From assembly GCA_977020255.1 (NCBI GenBank), contig CDROCS010002422.1, forward strand, positions 124,001 to 188,000: DNA of 64,000 nt, in the 5' to 3' direction. The notes beneath the pieces are model-generated. The model saw only the letters and a program-made list of their open reading frames with translations, searched no databases and was not told the origin of the DNA. The DNA is from Obrimoposthia wandeli (Eukaryota). The position numbers and the translations under genes are program-made. Positions within the stretch are counted from its first letter, which is position 1. Each line of letters starts with the position of its first letter. Below are positions 51,880 to 61,640 of the stretch, piece after piece.

Positions 51880-52731
51880 TTAACCTGGAGCCAAACCACG
51901 TTGACGCTCACTTCTACGACGCACTAACTCTAATACTGTTAATAACATGATAGAGATGATAACCAAAATAGTCGCTACAGCTAATATAGTTGGGCTTATT
52001 TGTTCACGTATACCACCCCACATTTGCAATGGAATTGTACGCTGCTCAACACCTGCCACAAAGATCGCCACAACCACTTCATCAAACGAAGTGATGAAAG
52101 CAAACAATGCACCTGAAATTACTCCAGGGGTCACAAGTGGCAACATAACTTTAAAGAACACTGTAGTAGGTTTTGCTCCTAAACCAGCTGCAGCTCTTGT
52201 TAAAGAGTGATCAAACCCTGATAAAGTCGCTGTCACTGTTATTACTACAAAAGGTATGCCTAAGGCAGTATGCGCCAAAATAATACCTAAAAACGTACCT
52301 GCTAAGCCAACACTTGAGTAGAAAAAGAACATACCCGCCGCTGATATAATCAATGGCACTATCATCGGTGAAATCAATAAACTCATGATGATAGTACGAT
52401 ATGGCATTTCAGGTCTAGACAACCCTAACGCTGCTAAAGTACCTAAAGTAGTCGCGAGAATAGTTGATGCTATTGCGATGATGAAACTGTTTTTAATCGA
52501 TTTCATCCACACTTCACTTGCTAAGAACTCTTCATACCAGCGCAGTGAATAACCTGCTGGATCTAAGGAAAGCATCTCTGACGTAAAGGTAAAGTAAGGC
52601 TGCACATTGAAAGACAGCGGTACGATGATTAAAATTGGACCTATTAAAAAGAGAAAGATTAAACCGCATAATATTCTGTAAGAATAATACCAAGTTCTTT
52701 CTACTTTTCCTGCGTAAATTGGAATTGCCAT
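51880..52731 (-). CDS. Polyamine/opine-family ABC permease (PotC-like)
   Basis: Motifs LTRAAAGLGA, ITSFDEVV and QRTIP. Confidence 0.9.
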   Translation of the reverse strand: MAIPIYAGKVERTWYYSYRILCGLIFLFLIGPILIIVPLSFNVQPYFTFTSEMLSLDPAGYSLRWYEEFLASEVWMKSIKNSFIIAIASTILATTLGTLAALGLSRPEMPYRTIIMSLLISPMIVPLIISAAGMFFFYSSVGLAGTFLGIILAHTALGIPFVVITVTATLSGFDHSLTRAAAGLGAKPTTVFFKVMLPLVTPGVISGALFAFITSFDEVVVAIFVAGVEQRTIPLQMWGGIREQISPTILAVATILVIISIMLLTVLELVRRRSERQRGLAPG

Positions 52732-52744
52732 GGTTATATCTCCC

Positions 52745-54007
52745 CTATCCCATCTTCATTTTGTCAATGCCGACCACTTTATTAAAGATGGCATAGAAGA
52801 CTAATACAATAACTAGCAAGATAAACCCTAATGCGCCTGCCAATCCCCAGTTCAGTGAATTTTGCATATGATATGCAATCATATTACTAATCAGTAAACC
52901 ACTTTGACCGCCCACTAATGCGGGTGTTATGTAGTAACCGATCGATAAGATAAACACTAACAAACTACCAGCGCCTATACCTGTTACTGTCATCGGTATA
53001 TATACCCTAACAAAAGAAACTACCGGATTCGCCCCTAGAGATAATGCTGCGCGCATGTAAGACGGTGGTATGGTTTTCATAACGCTGTATAACGGTAATA
53101 CCATGAAAGGAAGTAAAATATGCGTCATTGCAATGATAGTACCCGTTTTGTTGTAGATCATCTGTAATCGACTGGCTTCATCAATTATATTCATCCAAAC
53201 GAGTAAGTCATTGAGCACACCTTGCGTTTGCAGCAATACGATCCAAGTGGTCGTTCGAACTAAAAGAGATGTCCAAAATGGTAACAACACCAAAATCATC
53301 AATAAGTTACTTTTAGCCAAAGGCAGCGTTGCCAACAAATATGCAATTGGATAAGCGAGCAAGATACAAATGATGGTAATGGTAAAACTCATCAGTAACG
53401 TACGGCCAAACAAAGACTTATATATTTGTTTATTATCTGCTTTTGCGACTATGTCCCCGCCATCAGTAATTTTGTAATCAACTGCAGCAACCAGGTAGGA
53501 GTTAGTAAATATTCCAGACTCGCGTTTAATCAACGACCAGACACCGACATCGCCCCAAGATTTATCTATCTTGAGCATCTGTTCTTTATAAGGCCCTTCT
53601 TTGAGCTTGGATGCTTTTCTAGCAGATCCTGAGATAACACGGCGCATGCCACTGCGTTCGTAGTTTAAACGTGTTGCAACTTTACCAATGTTTTTATTCT
53701 TACGCCCTTCGGTGAGATCAGTCACTAATGCTGCGAAAACTGCTTCATCAGGTACATCCACTCCGTCCCAGCTTTTTAAGGCCTCGACTACATTGGGCAT
53801 AATATTCGCCACTTGTGGGTTTTCAACACCACGAAGCGTCATGTTAACCACTGGAATGATGAAACTAACGAATATAAATATAAGGAGCGGAGCGACTAAT
53901 AAAAACGCCCATAGTTTTAATTTTCGCTGGGATCTTTGTAAGCTTAACTTCAGCGGCACACCGTCGCTGGTTGTCATCTCACCTACTTTTGAATATGTAT
54001 TCGCCAT
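52745..54007 (-). CDS. Polyamine/opine-family ABC permease (long PotB-like)
   Basis: Motifs LLPFWTSLLVRT, YMRAALSLGA and GYYITPALVGG, with a large N-terminal periplasmic insert. Confidence 0.9.
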   Translation of the reverse strand: MANTYSKVGEMTTSDGVPLKLSLQRSQRKLKLWAFLLVAPLLIFIFVSFIIPVVNMTLRGVENPQVANIMPNVVEALKSWDGVDVPDEAVFAALVTDLTEGRKNKNIGKVATRLNYERSGMRRVISGSARKASKLKEGPYKEQMLKIDKSWGDVGVWSLIKRESGIFTNSYLVAAVDYKITDGGDIVAKADNKQIYKSLFGRTLLMSFTITIICILLAYPIAYLLATLPLAKSNLLMILVLLPFWTSLLVRTTTWIVLLQTQGVLNDLLVWMNIIDEASRLQMIYNKTGTIIAMTHILLPFMVLPLYSVMKTIPPSYMRAALSLGANPVVSFVRVYIPMTVTGIGAGSLLVFILSIGYYITPALVGGQSGLLISNMIAYHMQNSLNWGLAGALGFILLVIVLVFYAIFNKVVGIDKMKMG

Positions 54008-54181
54008 ATTTTTTAACCTACTTGCAGATTTAAAACGTTTCTTATTGTTGTTTTACTACTTCGTATTGACCGTGTTCATGGTGACTTGTAGCTACTTAGT
54101 TTTATTCAAAATCCAAAATTGTCACTGGGAAACACCGAAACGTTCCTGCTCAAACTCCGCGTTTAAAATAGAACTAACTAA

Positions 54182-54262
54182 GGGATTGTCCGAAAAACAT
54201 GGTGCAGTATATTTTTGCATAAAATGCCTAGTTATAACTTCACTAGTATTTCGGACAATCTC
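54182..54262. mobile_element. MITE-like element E (81 bp)
   Basis: TIRs GGGATTGTCCGAAAAA and GAGATTGTCCGAAATA (14/16), with flanks ctaa/ctag. Single copy in the window. Confidence 0.55.
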
Positions 54263-54383
54263 CTAGAATGTATTTATATGATCAAGAGAGTTGCATCTTT
54301 ATTTGAAATATCCGGCAGAATTAGCGAATCATATTGCCAATTCTGCCGTCTTGCTAAATAAAATTAAACATTAATGATGCTTA

Positions 54384-55481
54384 TTACTTAGCTAACCAAG
54401 CGTTAAAACGCTCATTCATATCATCTTTATTATTTGCCCACCATTCAGCGTTTTTGATCACTGGGTTGGTGAAGTTTGCCGGCGTTGTAGGCATATGCGG
54501 CTTCATATCAATACCAGTATCGGCGTGCTTACCCACTAAAGGAGCAGAAGATGCACGAGCCGGACCGTATGAAATGTACTTAGACTGATCAGCTAAACGC
54601 TGTGTATCAGTTGCAAATTTAATGTACTCTTTCATTTGTGGAGTTAGTTTGCCTTTTGGAATAACCCATCCATCAATCTCAGCTAGCTGACCATCCCAAA
54701 TAATAGTGAACGGCTGCTTTTCTTCAACTTGCGCACTGAAGAAACGACCGTTAAAACCACTTGCAATACTTACTTCTTTATCTGAAAGCAACTGAGGTGG
54801 TTGTGCACCCGCTTCCCACCAAACAACAGAATCTTTAATGGTATCTAGCATTTTAAAAGCGCGAGTAACACCTTCTTCAGTACTTAGCACATCGTAAACA
54901 TCTTTAGTTGCTACACCATCGGCAACTAGAGCCCACTCTAAGTTTCCGTCTGGCACTTTTTGCAATGAACGCTTACCAGGGAATTTTTTAAGATCAAAAA
55001 CATCAGCGATGCTATCTGGCTTTTCGCCAGTGAATAACTCATCGTTGAAAGCAAATAATGTTGCGTAAACGATTTGTGGAATAAAGCAGCCGTTTACGCC
55101 ACCTAAGAAGTCTTTAGAAGCAGGTGTACCATCTGGAGCAGCAGCAAGAATCTCATCGTAGTTAATTTCTTCGATTAGACCTTCATCACAGGCAATCATT
55201 GAATCGCCTTCTAGCATATCCACTAGATCCCAAGTAACGTTGTTCGCTTCTACTTGCGAACGGATACCAGCAAGGCCCGCACCTGCTTTATCTTCATGTA
55301 AAAACTTAGTACCTGTCTTTTTAGTCCAAGGCTCATGGTATGCACGTACCTGACTCTTCGAGTAAGACCCACCCCAAGACACGACTGTAAATGTGTCTTC
55401 AGCTTGAGCGACACTCGTCATTGAAATCGATGCAGCGGCAACGGCTGATGCGATAATTGAGCTTTTAAGTAACTTCTTCAT
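54384..55481 (-). CDS. Polyamine-family ABC substrate-binding protein (PotD-like)
   Basis: Signal peptide, VVSWGGSY, DLKKFPGKRSL, WWEAGAQPPQLL and NGRFF. Confidence 0.9.
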   Translation of the reverse strand: MKKLLKSSIIASAVAAASISMTSVAQAEDTFTVVSWGGSYSKSQVRAYHEPWTKKTGTKFLHEDKAGAGLAGIRSQVEANNVTWDLVDMLEGDSMIACDEGLIEEINYDEILAAAPDGTPASKDFLGGVNGCFIPQIVYATLFAFNDELFTGEKPDSIADVFDLKKFPGKRSLQKVPDGNLEWALVADGVATKDVYDVLSTEEGVTRAFKMLDTIKDSVVWWEAGAQPPQLLSDKEVSIASGFNGRFFSAQVEEKQPFTIIWDGQLAEIDGWVIPKGKLTPQMKEYIKFATDTQRLADQSKYISYGPARASSAPLVGKHADTGIDMKPHMPTTPANFTNPVIKNAEWWANNKDDMNERFNAWLAK

Positions 55482-55568
55482 CTTCTTGTTTTCCTTTTTT
55501 TATTAGATCTAAAGTAAAAAACCGATTAGCTTTTGAAACTTACTTCTTCATTCTTACAATTCGTTACA

Positions 55569-56663
55569 CTATGCATCCAGTGCTCGACAATCATCGGTAT
55601 TCCAACCGATGCTTATTGATTCACCTTTCTTCAAATGTTTTTGATTGTGAGTATTTGGCACTTTAATAATAAAGTCTTTATTGCCAGAAACTGATACGCG
55701 AGTTCGAGTGTGATCACCGTGATATATAAGCTCTTCCACTATCGCCGTGCTTCCGTTTGAGCATTCCCCCTGAGCTGGATTAACCACAACCCGCTCCGGT
55801 CGTAGAGATAGAGTAGTTTTATCACCTACACCTTCTACGTTGATTTTCTTCGCGTTAACTACTCCACCACCGCCATCTAACTCAACAGTACACTCATCTC
55901 CTGACACAGAGATAACCTTACCCATCAAACGGTTATTTTCGCCGATAAAGTTGGCAACAAATGCGTTGGTCGGTTCATCGTACAGAACATGAGGGGATGC
56001 AAGCTGTTGCACAATACCATCATCAAATACTGCTATTCGATCTGACATTGTCAGCGCTTCAACTTGATCATGGGTCACATAAAGCATTGTTACACCAAGA
56101 TCTTCGTGAATATGCTTTATTTCATACTGCATTTCTTCGCGCAGATTTTTATCAAGAGCACCTAAAGGTTCATCCATCAAGACTAATTTAGGTTCAAATA
56201 CAAGTGCTCTAGCAACAGCAACACGCTGCTGCTGTCCGCCGGATAGTTGTGCTGGACGCCTATTAGCAAAATGATCTAAACGTACCATTTTTAAAGCGTG
56301 GTTCACTTTATCGGTAATTTCAGACTTACCCATATTCCTGACTTGAAGTGGGAATGCTAAGTTTTCAGCCACACTCATGTGTGGAAAAAGTGCATAATTC
56401 TGGAACACCATGCCAATTTCGCGTTTATGAGGAGCAACATTGTTGATAGATTGACCATCGAGAATGATTTGGCCGTTAGTCGCAGTTTCAAATCCTGCTA
56501 ACATCATCAAACAAGTGGTTTTACCGGATCCGGAAGGGCCTAACATGGTTAAAAATTCGCCTTTCACCATGTCGACATTAAAATCTTTTACGACTAAATG
56601 GACTCCATCATAGCTCTTTTGTACATGTTTGAATTGCACCAAAAAATCTGGATTTGAATCCAT
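55569..56663 (-). CDS. Polyamine-family ABC ATPase (PotA-like)
   Basis: Motifs GPSGSGKT, LSGGQQQR and MDEPLGALD, plus a TOBE C-terminus. Start 56663 follows GGAGAG. Confidence 0.92.
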   Translation of the reverse strand: MDSNPDFLVQFKHVQKSYDGVHLVVKDFNVDMVKGEFLTMLGPSGSGKTTCLMMLAGFETATNGQIILDGQSINNVAPHKREIGMVFQNYALFPHMSVAENLAFPLQVRNMGKSEITDKVNHALKMVRLDHFANRRPAQLSGGQQQRVAVARALVFEPKLVLMDEPLGALDKNLREEMQYEIKHIHEDLGVTMLYVTHDQVEALTMSDRIAVFDDGIVQQLASPHVLYDEPTNAFVANFIGENNRLMGKVISVSGDECTVELDGGGGVVNAKKINVEGVGDKTTLSLRPERVVVNPAQGECSNGSTAIVEELIYHGDHTRTRVSVSGNKDFIIKVPNTHNQKHLKKGESISIGWNTDDCRALDA

Positions 56664-57132
56664 AAAACTCTCCATATATATTATTATTTTTAGCTGATTT
56701 TTATACTAGCACATGCCTTTTGAGATACACAACCGACTTCCATTGTATTGTATTAGTTAATTCAATTTTCTTCGTGTTTACGACAAATCTCTCATTATTA
56801 GCGTCAATTATTTTTTTCGATTTACTAAATAAATGTAAAATCAAGTATAATCATTAACTAATAGCAATTTTTTCCGCATGCGGTATTTATTTTTTTTATT
56901 TCTTAAAATCAAAAGATTACGAAGTAAAAAATTGATGTTCCTTATCATGCATGACAACTTAGGCATTTAAAATGCAATTTTATTTACCTTTAATTAAGCT
57001 AATACTTACCTTAAAACATAATGCATTATTTCTACTTTATTAAAGGGGAATTATTTTCTTACAGCACAGACTTAGTACAAACTTTCACCACTTTTTACAG
57101 TTGAATTATAAAAGGTGGTGATTTTAAATTTT

Positions 57133-58344
57133 CTAGCGCGGAAGGATTAAGTGTTCAGGCCCATAAGCAAAACCCGTTATATTATCGTTTCCTTGCTCAT
57201 TAATGACCAAAATATCATGCTCTCTGTAGCCACCTGCTCCTGGCAAATGATCTGGTATGGTAATCATCGGCTCCATCGAAATAACCATGCCCGGCTCCAG
57301 CACTGTTTCACAATCTTCGCGTAATTCGAGCCCTGCCTCACGGCCATAATAGTGGCTTAGCACACCAAAAGAGTGTCCATATCCAAATGAACGATACTGT
57401 AACAATCCTTCGGCTGCATACATATCATTTAACTCGGCAGCGATCTCTGAACATTTATTGCCTGGGATTAACAACTCTTTACCACGATCATGTATACGAC
57501 AGTTGATATCCCATAAACGAATGTTTTCATCAGTTGCTGAACCGGCAAACAGCGTGCGCTCCAATGCAACGTAGTAACCTGCCACCATAGGGAAACAGTT
57601 AAGCGATAATATATCCCCCTCTTCGATGATGCGCGAAGTAACAGGGTTATGAGCACCATCAGTATTTAAGCCTGATTGAAACCAAGTCCAAGTATCTAAT
57701 AGCTCACCTTGCGGCCATGTTTTTGCGATTTCACGAATCATAGTCGCTGTCGAATGCAGCGCAACTTCTCTTTCGCTAACACCCACTCTAGCGGCTTCGG
57801 CACAAGCAGCTCCGCCAATATCGGCGATGCGTGTCATTTGCGTGATGTGCGCTATTTCTTCAGCTGATTTAATCATACGCAAGCGCATTGCAGGCGCTGA
57901 TATATCGACGAATTCCATTTGTGGAAAAGCCGCTTTCAAACGCTGTAATTGATCTAAGGTGCAGTGATCAAACTCAATACCCAAACGTTTAATATCGCCG
58001 GTTAGCTCTTTAATAGCGGTGAAGTAGTTATCTTTTTGCCAATCAGTATATGTGATGTTATCGCCACGAGTACGGCGCCATGGCTGACCACCATCAATAC
58101 CAGCGCTAATACTGGTGACTTTTTCTTGATCAATCACTAAACCGTAATTGCGGCCAAAGTAACAAAACATAAAATCAGAATAGTAACAAATATTGTGGTA
58201 AGAACTAAACAGTGCTGCATCAATGCTTTGTGCTGACATGTACTTTCGAATAGCACTATGTCTTCTGTTCATTTCCGCATCTGAAAAAGTACCTTTAGCT
58301 TTTGAACCGTTATTCGCAAAACTTTGCAACGCTGGCATTCCCAT
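57133..58344 (-). CDS. Creatinase (creatine amidinohydrolase, M24 fold)
   Basis: Motifs SYHNICYYSDF..CYFGR.YGLVI, IDGGQPWRRT, NTDGAHNP, GYGHSFG, ELRED and AGGYREHD. Start 58344 follows GGAG. Confidence 0.88.
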   Translation of the reverse strand: MGMPALQSFANNGSKAKGTFSDAEMNRRHSAIRKYMSAQSIDAALFSSYHNICYYSDFMFCYFGRNYGLVIDQEKVTSISAGIDGGQPWRRTRGDNITYTDWQKDNYFTAIKELTGDIKRLGIEFDHCTLDQLQRLKAAFPQMEFVDISAPAMRLRMIKSAEEIAHITQMTRIADIGGAACAEAARVGVSEREVALHSTATMIREIAKTWPQGELLDTWTWFQSGLNTDGAHNPVTSRIIEEGDILSLNCFPMVAGYYVALERTLFAGSATDENIRLWDINCRIHDRGKELLIPGNKCSEIAAELNDMYAAEGLLQYRSFGYGHSFGVLSHYYGREAGLELREDCETVLEPGMVISMEPMITIPDHLPGAGGYREHDILVINEQGNDNITGFAYGPEHLILPR

Positions 58345-58421
58345 ATTTTTCTCCAAATCGGTCTTTTTAATTTACCTAATTAAACCCCTCTATTACTACT
58401 TTGTCCAACGAGTGTTTTTCA

Positions 58422-58452
58422 GCACCTCGATGAATTTAATTCATCGAGGTGC
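58422..58452. promoter_or_regulatory. 31-bp perfect palindrome in the divergent creatinase/LysR promoter
   Basis: gcacctcgatgaatt-t-aattcatcgaggtgc, which contains a T-N11-A LysR-type core. Confidence 0.6.
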
Positions 58453-58524
58453 AAGCTATTATAAGAGAATAACTTTATCATTACGCTTCTGGTATCAAGT
58501 ACTGCTTAATAGAGATAATTAAAA

Positions 58525-59430
58525 ATGCGTAACTTACCCCTCAAAGCGCTACAAACATTTGAAGCAGTCGCTAGACACCACAATTATCATGGCGCTGCAC
58601 AAGAGTTATTTGTGACTCCTTCTGCGGTTAGTCATCAAATAAAAAACTTAGAATCATGGTTGGAATTCCCGCTCTTTAAAAGAAGAGGGAATAAGCTAGA
58701 ACTGTTGCCCCATGCTAAATTATTGGCTGAAAGCCTTTCCCTATCTATCGGTGATATTAGAGCCGCTTGTCAAAAAGCGATGCTAAGTGAGCAAAATAAG
58801 CAAAGTAATAAACTTGTGATTGCCGCCATCCCCTCTGTTGCAACTTGCTGGCTGATTCCCCGATTAAATGACTTCCAACAGCGATACCCCGAAATTTCAC
58901 TACGGGTTACCTATGCTCTACACGGCTCTGAAATTGATTTTTCTGAGGTTGATATCGCTTTTGTTTTCGCGCAATCTAAACCTAAGATTGAAGGGGCTAG
59001 CGTTGAACTGTTTCGCTCAGGTAAGAGCTACCCTGTATGTAGTGCCGACTTTTTACGTAACCATGGACCTTTTTGTGATTCGCAAATTGCTAATTTTGCG
59101 CTTTTACACGACACCGCTATAGGTGATAGCTGGCAAGATTGGTTCAAAAAATTACAACTACCTTTTGAAAATGCTGTTAAAGGCCCAGCTTTTGATGATT
59201 TTAATTTATTGCGCTCCGCGGCGCTAGCAGGGCAGGGAATTGCACTTTGCCCAATAACAATGATAGAAGATGATTTAAACGCTCAACGCTTAGTACAAGT
59301 TTCACAATCCTCTGTCTCTACAACCAGTGGATATTATTTAATTAGCCGCTTCGATCAAAGTAAATTAAGTTTTAATAGCCAGCAATTTAGAGATTGGGTC
59401 TTTAATGTTCAAACAACAGTACCTAGCTAA
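58525..59430 (+). CDS. LysR regulator, GcvA-like
   Basis: Motifs PLKALQTFEAVARH, VTPSAVSHQIK, WLIPRL and AALAGQGIAL. Confidence 0.92.
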   Translation: MRNLPLKALQTFEAVARHHNYHGAAQELFVTPSAVSHQIKNLESWLEFPLFKRRGNKLELLPHAKLLAESLSLSIGDIRAACQKAMLSEQNKQSNKLVIAAIPSVATCWLIPRLNDFQQRYPEISLRVTYALHGSEIDFSEVDIAFVFAQSKPKIEGASVELFRSGKSYPVCSADFLRNHGPFCDSQIANFALLHDTAIGDSWQDWFKKLQLPFENAVKGPAFDDFNLLRSAALAGQGIALCPITMIEDDLNAQRLVQVSQSSVSTTSGYYLISRFDQSKLSFNSQQFRDWVFNVQTTVPS

Positions 59431-59441
59431 TCTAAGTTGAA

Positions 59442-60197
59442 TTAGATTAAGCCATCAAATACCAGTTTTGTACCTATGATGAATAACAACACAAAAATTA
59501 TCTGTACAAATAATTCGTTACTGATTCTACCTTGTATGATTAGGCCTAGTTTTACCCCTAACCATGCAACAGGTGCTAGTAACACTCCCATTAAAAGATT
59601 ATCGACACTCAACTGCCCTAGCAATGCATAAGGCACTAGTTTAATAGTATTGACGACGGCAAAAAAGTATACTGCTGTAGCTAAAAACGCTTCTTTCTTC
59701 AGTTTTAACGGCAATAGATAAAAGCTCACAGGAGGCCCTCCTGCATGTGCAATAAAACTACTCAAACCAGCAATAAAACCACAGATCCGCCCCAACCAAG
59801 CATTATTAGAAAAATGTAAATCTACGCCTTTTAACAACCCCCAAATCGCGAATATTATTGACATCACCCCTAAAAGCAACTTTATCATTTGCGGGTTAAA
59901 GTAATCATATAATAGATAGCCTAAAACAATCCCCAATACTGCTGCTGGCAATAGTAACAATAAAACTTTCTGCTGTTGTTTACCCCACCAATATTTAACA
60001 CTTAAGATATCCATAAATATTAATAACGGTAGCATAATTGCGGCAGCACGTAATGGACCCACCTGCAGCGCAAGTAGTGGCACCGCAATAATGCCAATCC
60101 CGCCTGCAAAGCCAGATTTAGATATCCCGGTAAGCAAAACGGCGGGAATAGCCACCAGCAATAACAGATAGTTTTCAAACAAGTAAGCTGTAACCAT
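59442..60197 (-). CDS. TauE/SafE (TSUP) family membrane transporter
   Basis: Motifs TGISKSGFAGG, LPLLIFMD, FIAHAGGPP and VNTIKLVPY. Confidence 0.9.
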   Translation of the reverse strand: MVTAYLFENYLLLLVAIPAVLLTGISKSGFAGGIGIIAVPLLALQVGPLRAAAIMLPLLIFMDILSVKYWWGKQQQKVLLLLLPAAVLGIVLGYLLYDYFNPQMIKLLLGVMSIIFAIWGLLKGVDLHFSNNAWLGRICGFIAGLSSFIAHAGGPPVSFYLLPLKLKKEAFLATAVYFFAVVNTIKLVPYALLGQLSVDNLLMGVLLAPVAWLGVKLGLIIQGRISNELFVQIIFVLLFIIGTKLVFDGLI

Positions 60198-60381
60198 AAT
60201 ACTTTTATACCGCCTTAATAAGTTTAACCTTAGTTTGATTCTAGTTTAGCGAAATTTTCAATTTACTTCTTAGCAAGCTATAGTAAGTTTATTGCAAAAA
60301 ATCATAACCAAAAAAATCTAGAAATCACCACCTGCTTTTTGATTAATTAACTATCTTTTCCATCAAGAAAGATCCTAGCCA

Positions 60382-61434
60382 ATGAAAAAAGTGCAACAGT
60401 GTGGGTACATACAAATAAAAGCGTTAAGCAAAATAATTAGCAAATTTTTTTCAACAGCGATAAACGCCTTTTATTATTTACCACTGGTTTTTAGAGGGTT
60501 GTTGCTCGGGCCTATTTTGTTAGTTTTAGCTATCATGGCTTATCAATGGTTTATCGAAGAATACCCTAAGCGCCCACTCATTATAATCAACAGTCAAACT
60601 ATCCAACATCCTAACTACCATAGTTTGGCAACAAAGGCCTTAGCGCAGTTTAAAAATTTACCTCTACTCGATAAAAAAAATTTAACAAATGCTCTTAAAG
60701 GAAATATCTTATCCCTTCCGCAATGGCTTGATAGTATTGCTGAATTAGATGATTTAACATTGTGCTTAGGAGAATCGCACCATGAAACAACCCGAGAGTT
60801 TATCGCTGCACAGATTTTTACAGACCTCAGTTTTAACGTTTTATTCTTAGAAACTAGCGAGCAAAAATTAGAGAGGATTAATCAACGGCTCTCTACTGCT
60901 ACTGACTATTTCCCGCTATTAAACGCCGATATTCTCCAAATATTACGCACTGTTAAGCGAAAAAATCCTACCATCGATATTTATGCTATCGATGCAGAGA
61001 AACGAGCGAATAACAGGAAGCTAGCTAAGCCGCAAACAATCATAAAGACACGAGAAGAACAAATTTATAGTAACTTTAAGCGCTATTACGCTAAAAACAC
61101 TCGTAGTGTTATATTATTTGGCGCTGTGCACTGCAGCTTTTCTGACACTTGGTTCTTCGGAAAACTGATATCAAGACTAGATAAAACCAAACCTCAACGG
61201 TTACTCAATGTACGCGTTTTTAGCGAGCATGAGGATGGGCCAATTGAAGCATTTGTTTATTTTCTTGATCAATTGGTGCCCATTTCAGGCCATTTTGTCA
61301 TTAATAATACTCAGGCATTTTCCGCTCTTATCAATCAATGGTTTCCACTGACGCAGCAAGTTACTTTTAAGCCTTTTCAAAGCATTATTATTTATCGTCA
61401 TAAGCTGATGAAGGGCAACCAACAACGCCTATAA
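60382..61434 (+). CDS. Hypothetical membrane-anchored protein, possible ChaN/EreA/TIKI-like fold
   Basis: One N-terminal TM helix; spaced motifs LGESHH, FLE, AID and FGAVH. The start is uncertain. Confidence 0.6.
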   Translation: MKKVQQCGYIQIKALSKIISKFFSTAINAFYYLPLVFRGLLLGPILLVLAIMAYQWFIEEYPKRPLIIINSQTIQHPNYHSLATKALAQFKNLPLLDKKNLTNALKGNILSLPQWLDSIAELDDLTLCLGESHHETTREFIAAQIFTDLSFNVLFLETSEQKLERINQRLSTATDYFPLLNADILQILRTVKRKNPTIDIYAIDAEKRANNRKLAKPQTIIKTREEQIYSNFKRYYAKNTRSVILFGAVHCSFSDTWFFGKLISRLDKTKPQRLLNVRVFSEHEDGPIEAFVYFLDQLVPISGHFVINNTQAFSALINQWFPLTQQVTFKPFQSIIIYRHKLMKGNQQRL

Positions 61435-61640
61435 CAATAAAGCTAATTTGTCTTTACTAAGGCGGTATCTCTGTACAACCTATCCAAAGGTGGTAACCCA
61501 TAACGACAGAGACTCAGACAACCGTTTTAGCTAGCCCGTTTCAATTTAATCAAAACTGGCACTTCCCAGCTTCTCAGTTGTTTTTAACGCCGCATAACTA
61601 AAGCACTGCTGCCATGCCCTTTGGATAAGCTATTGAACAG

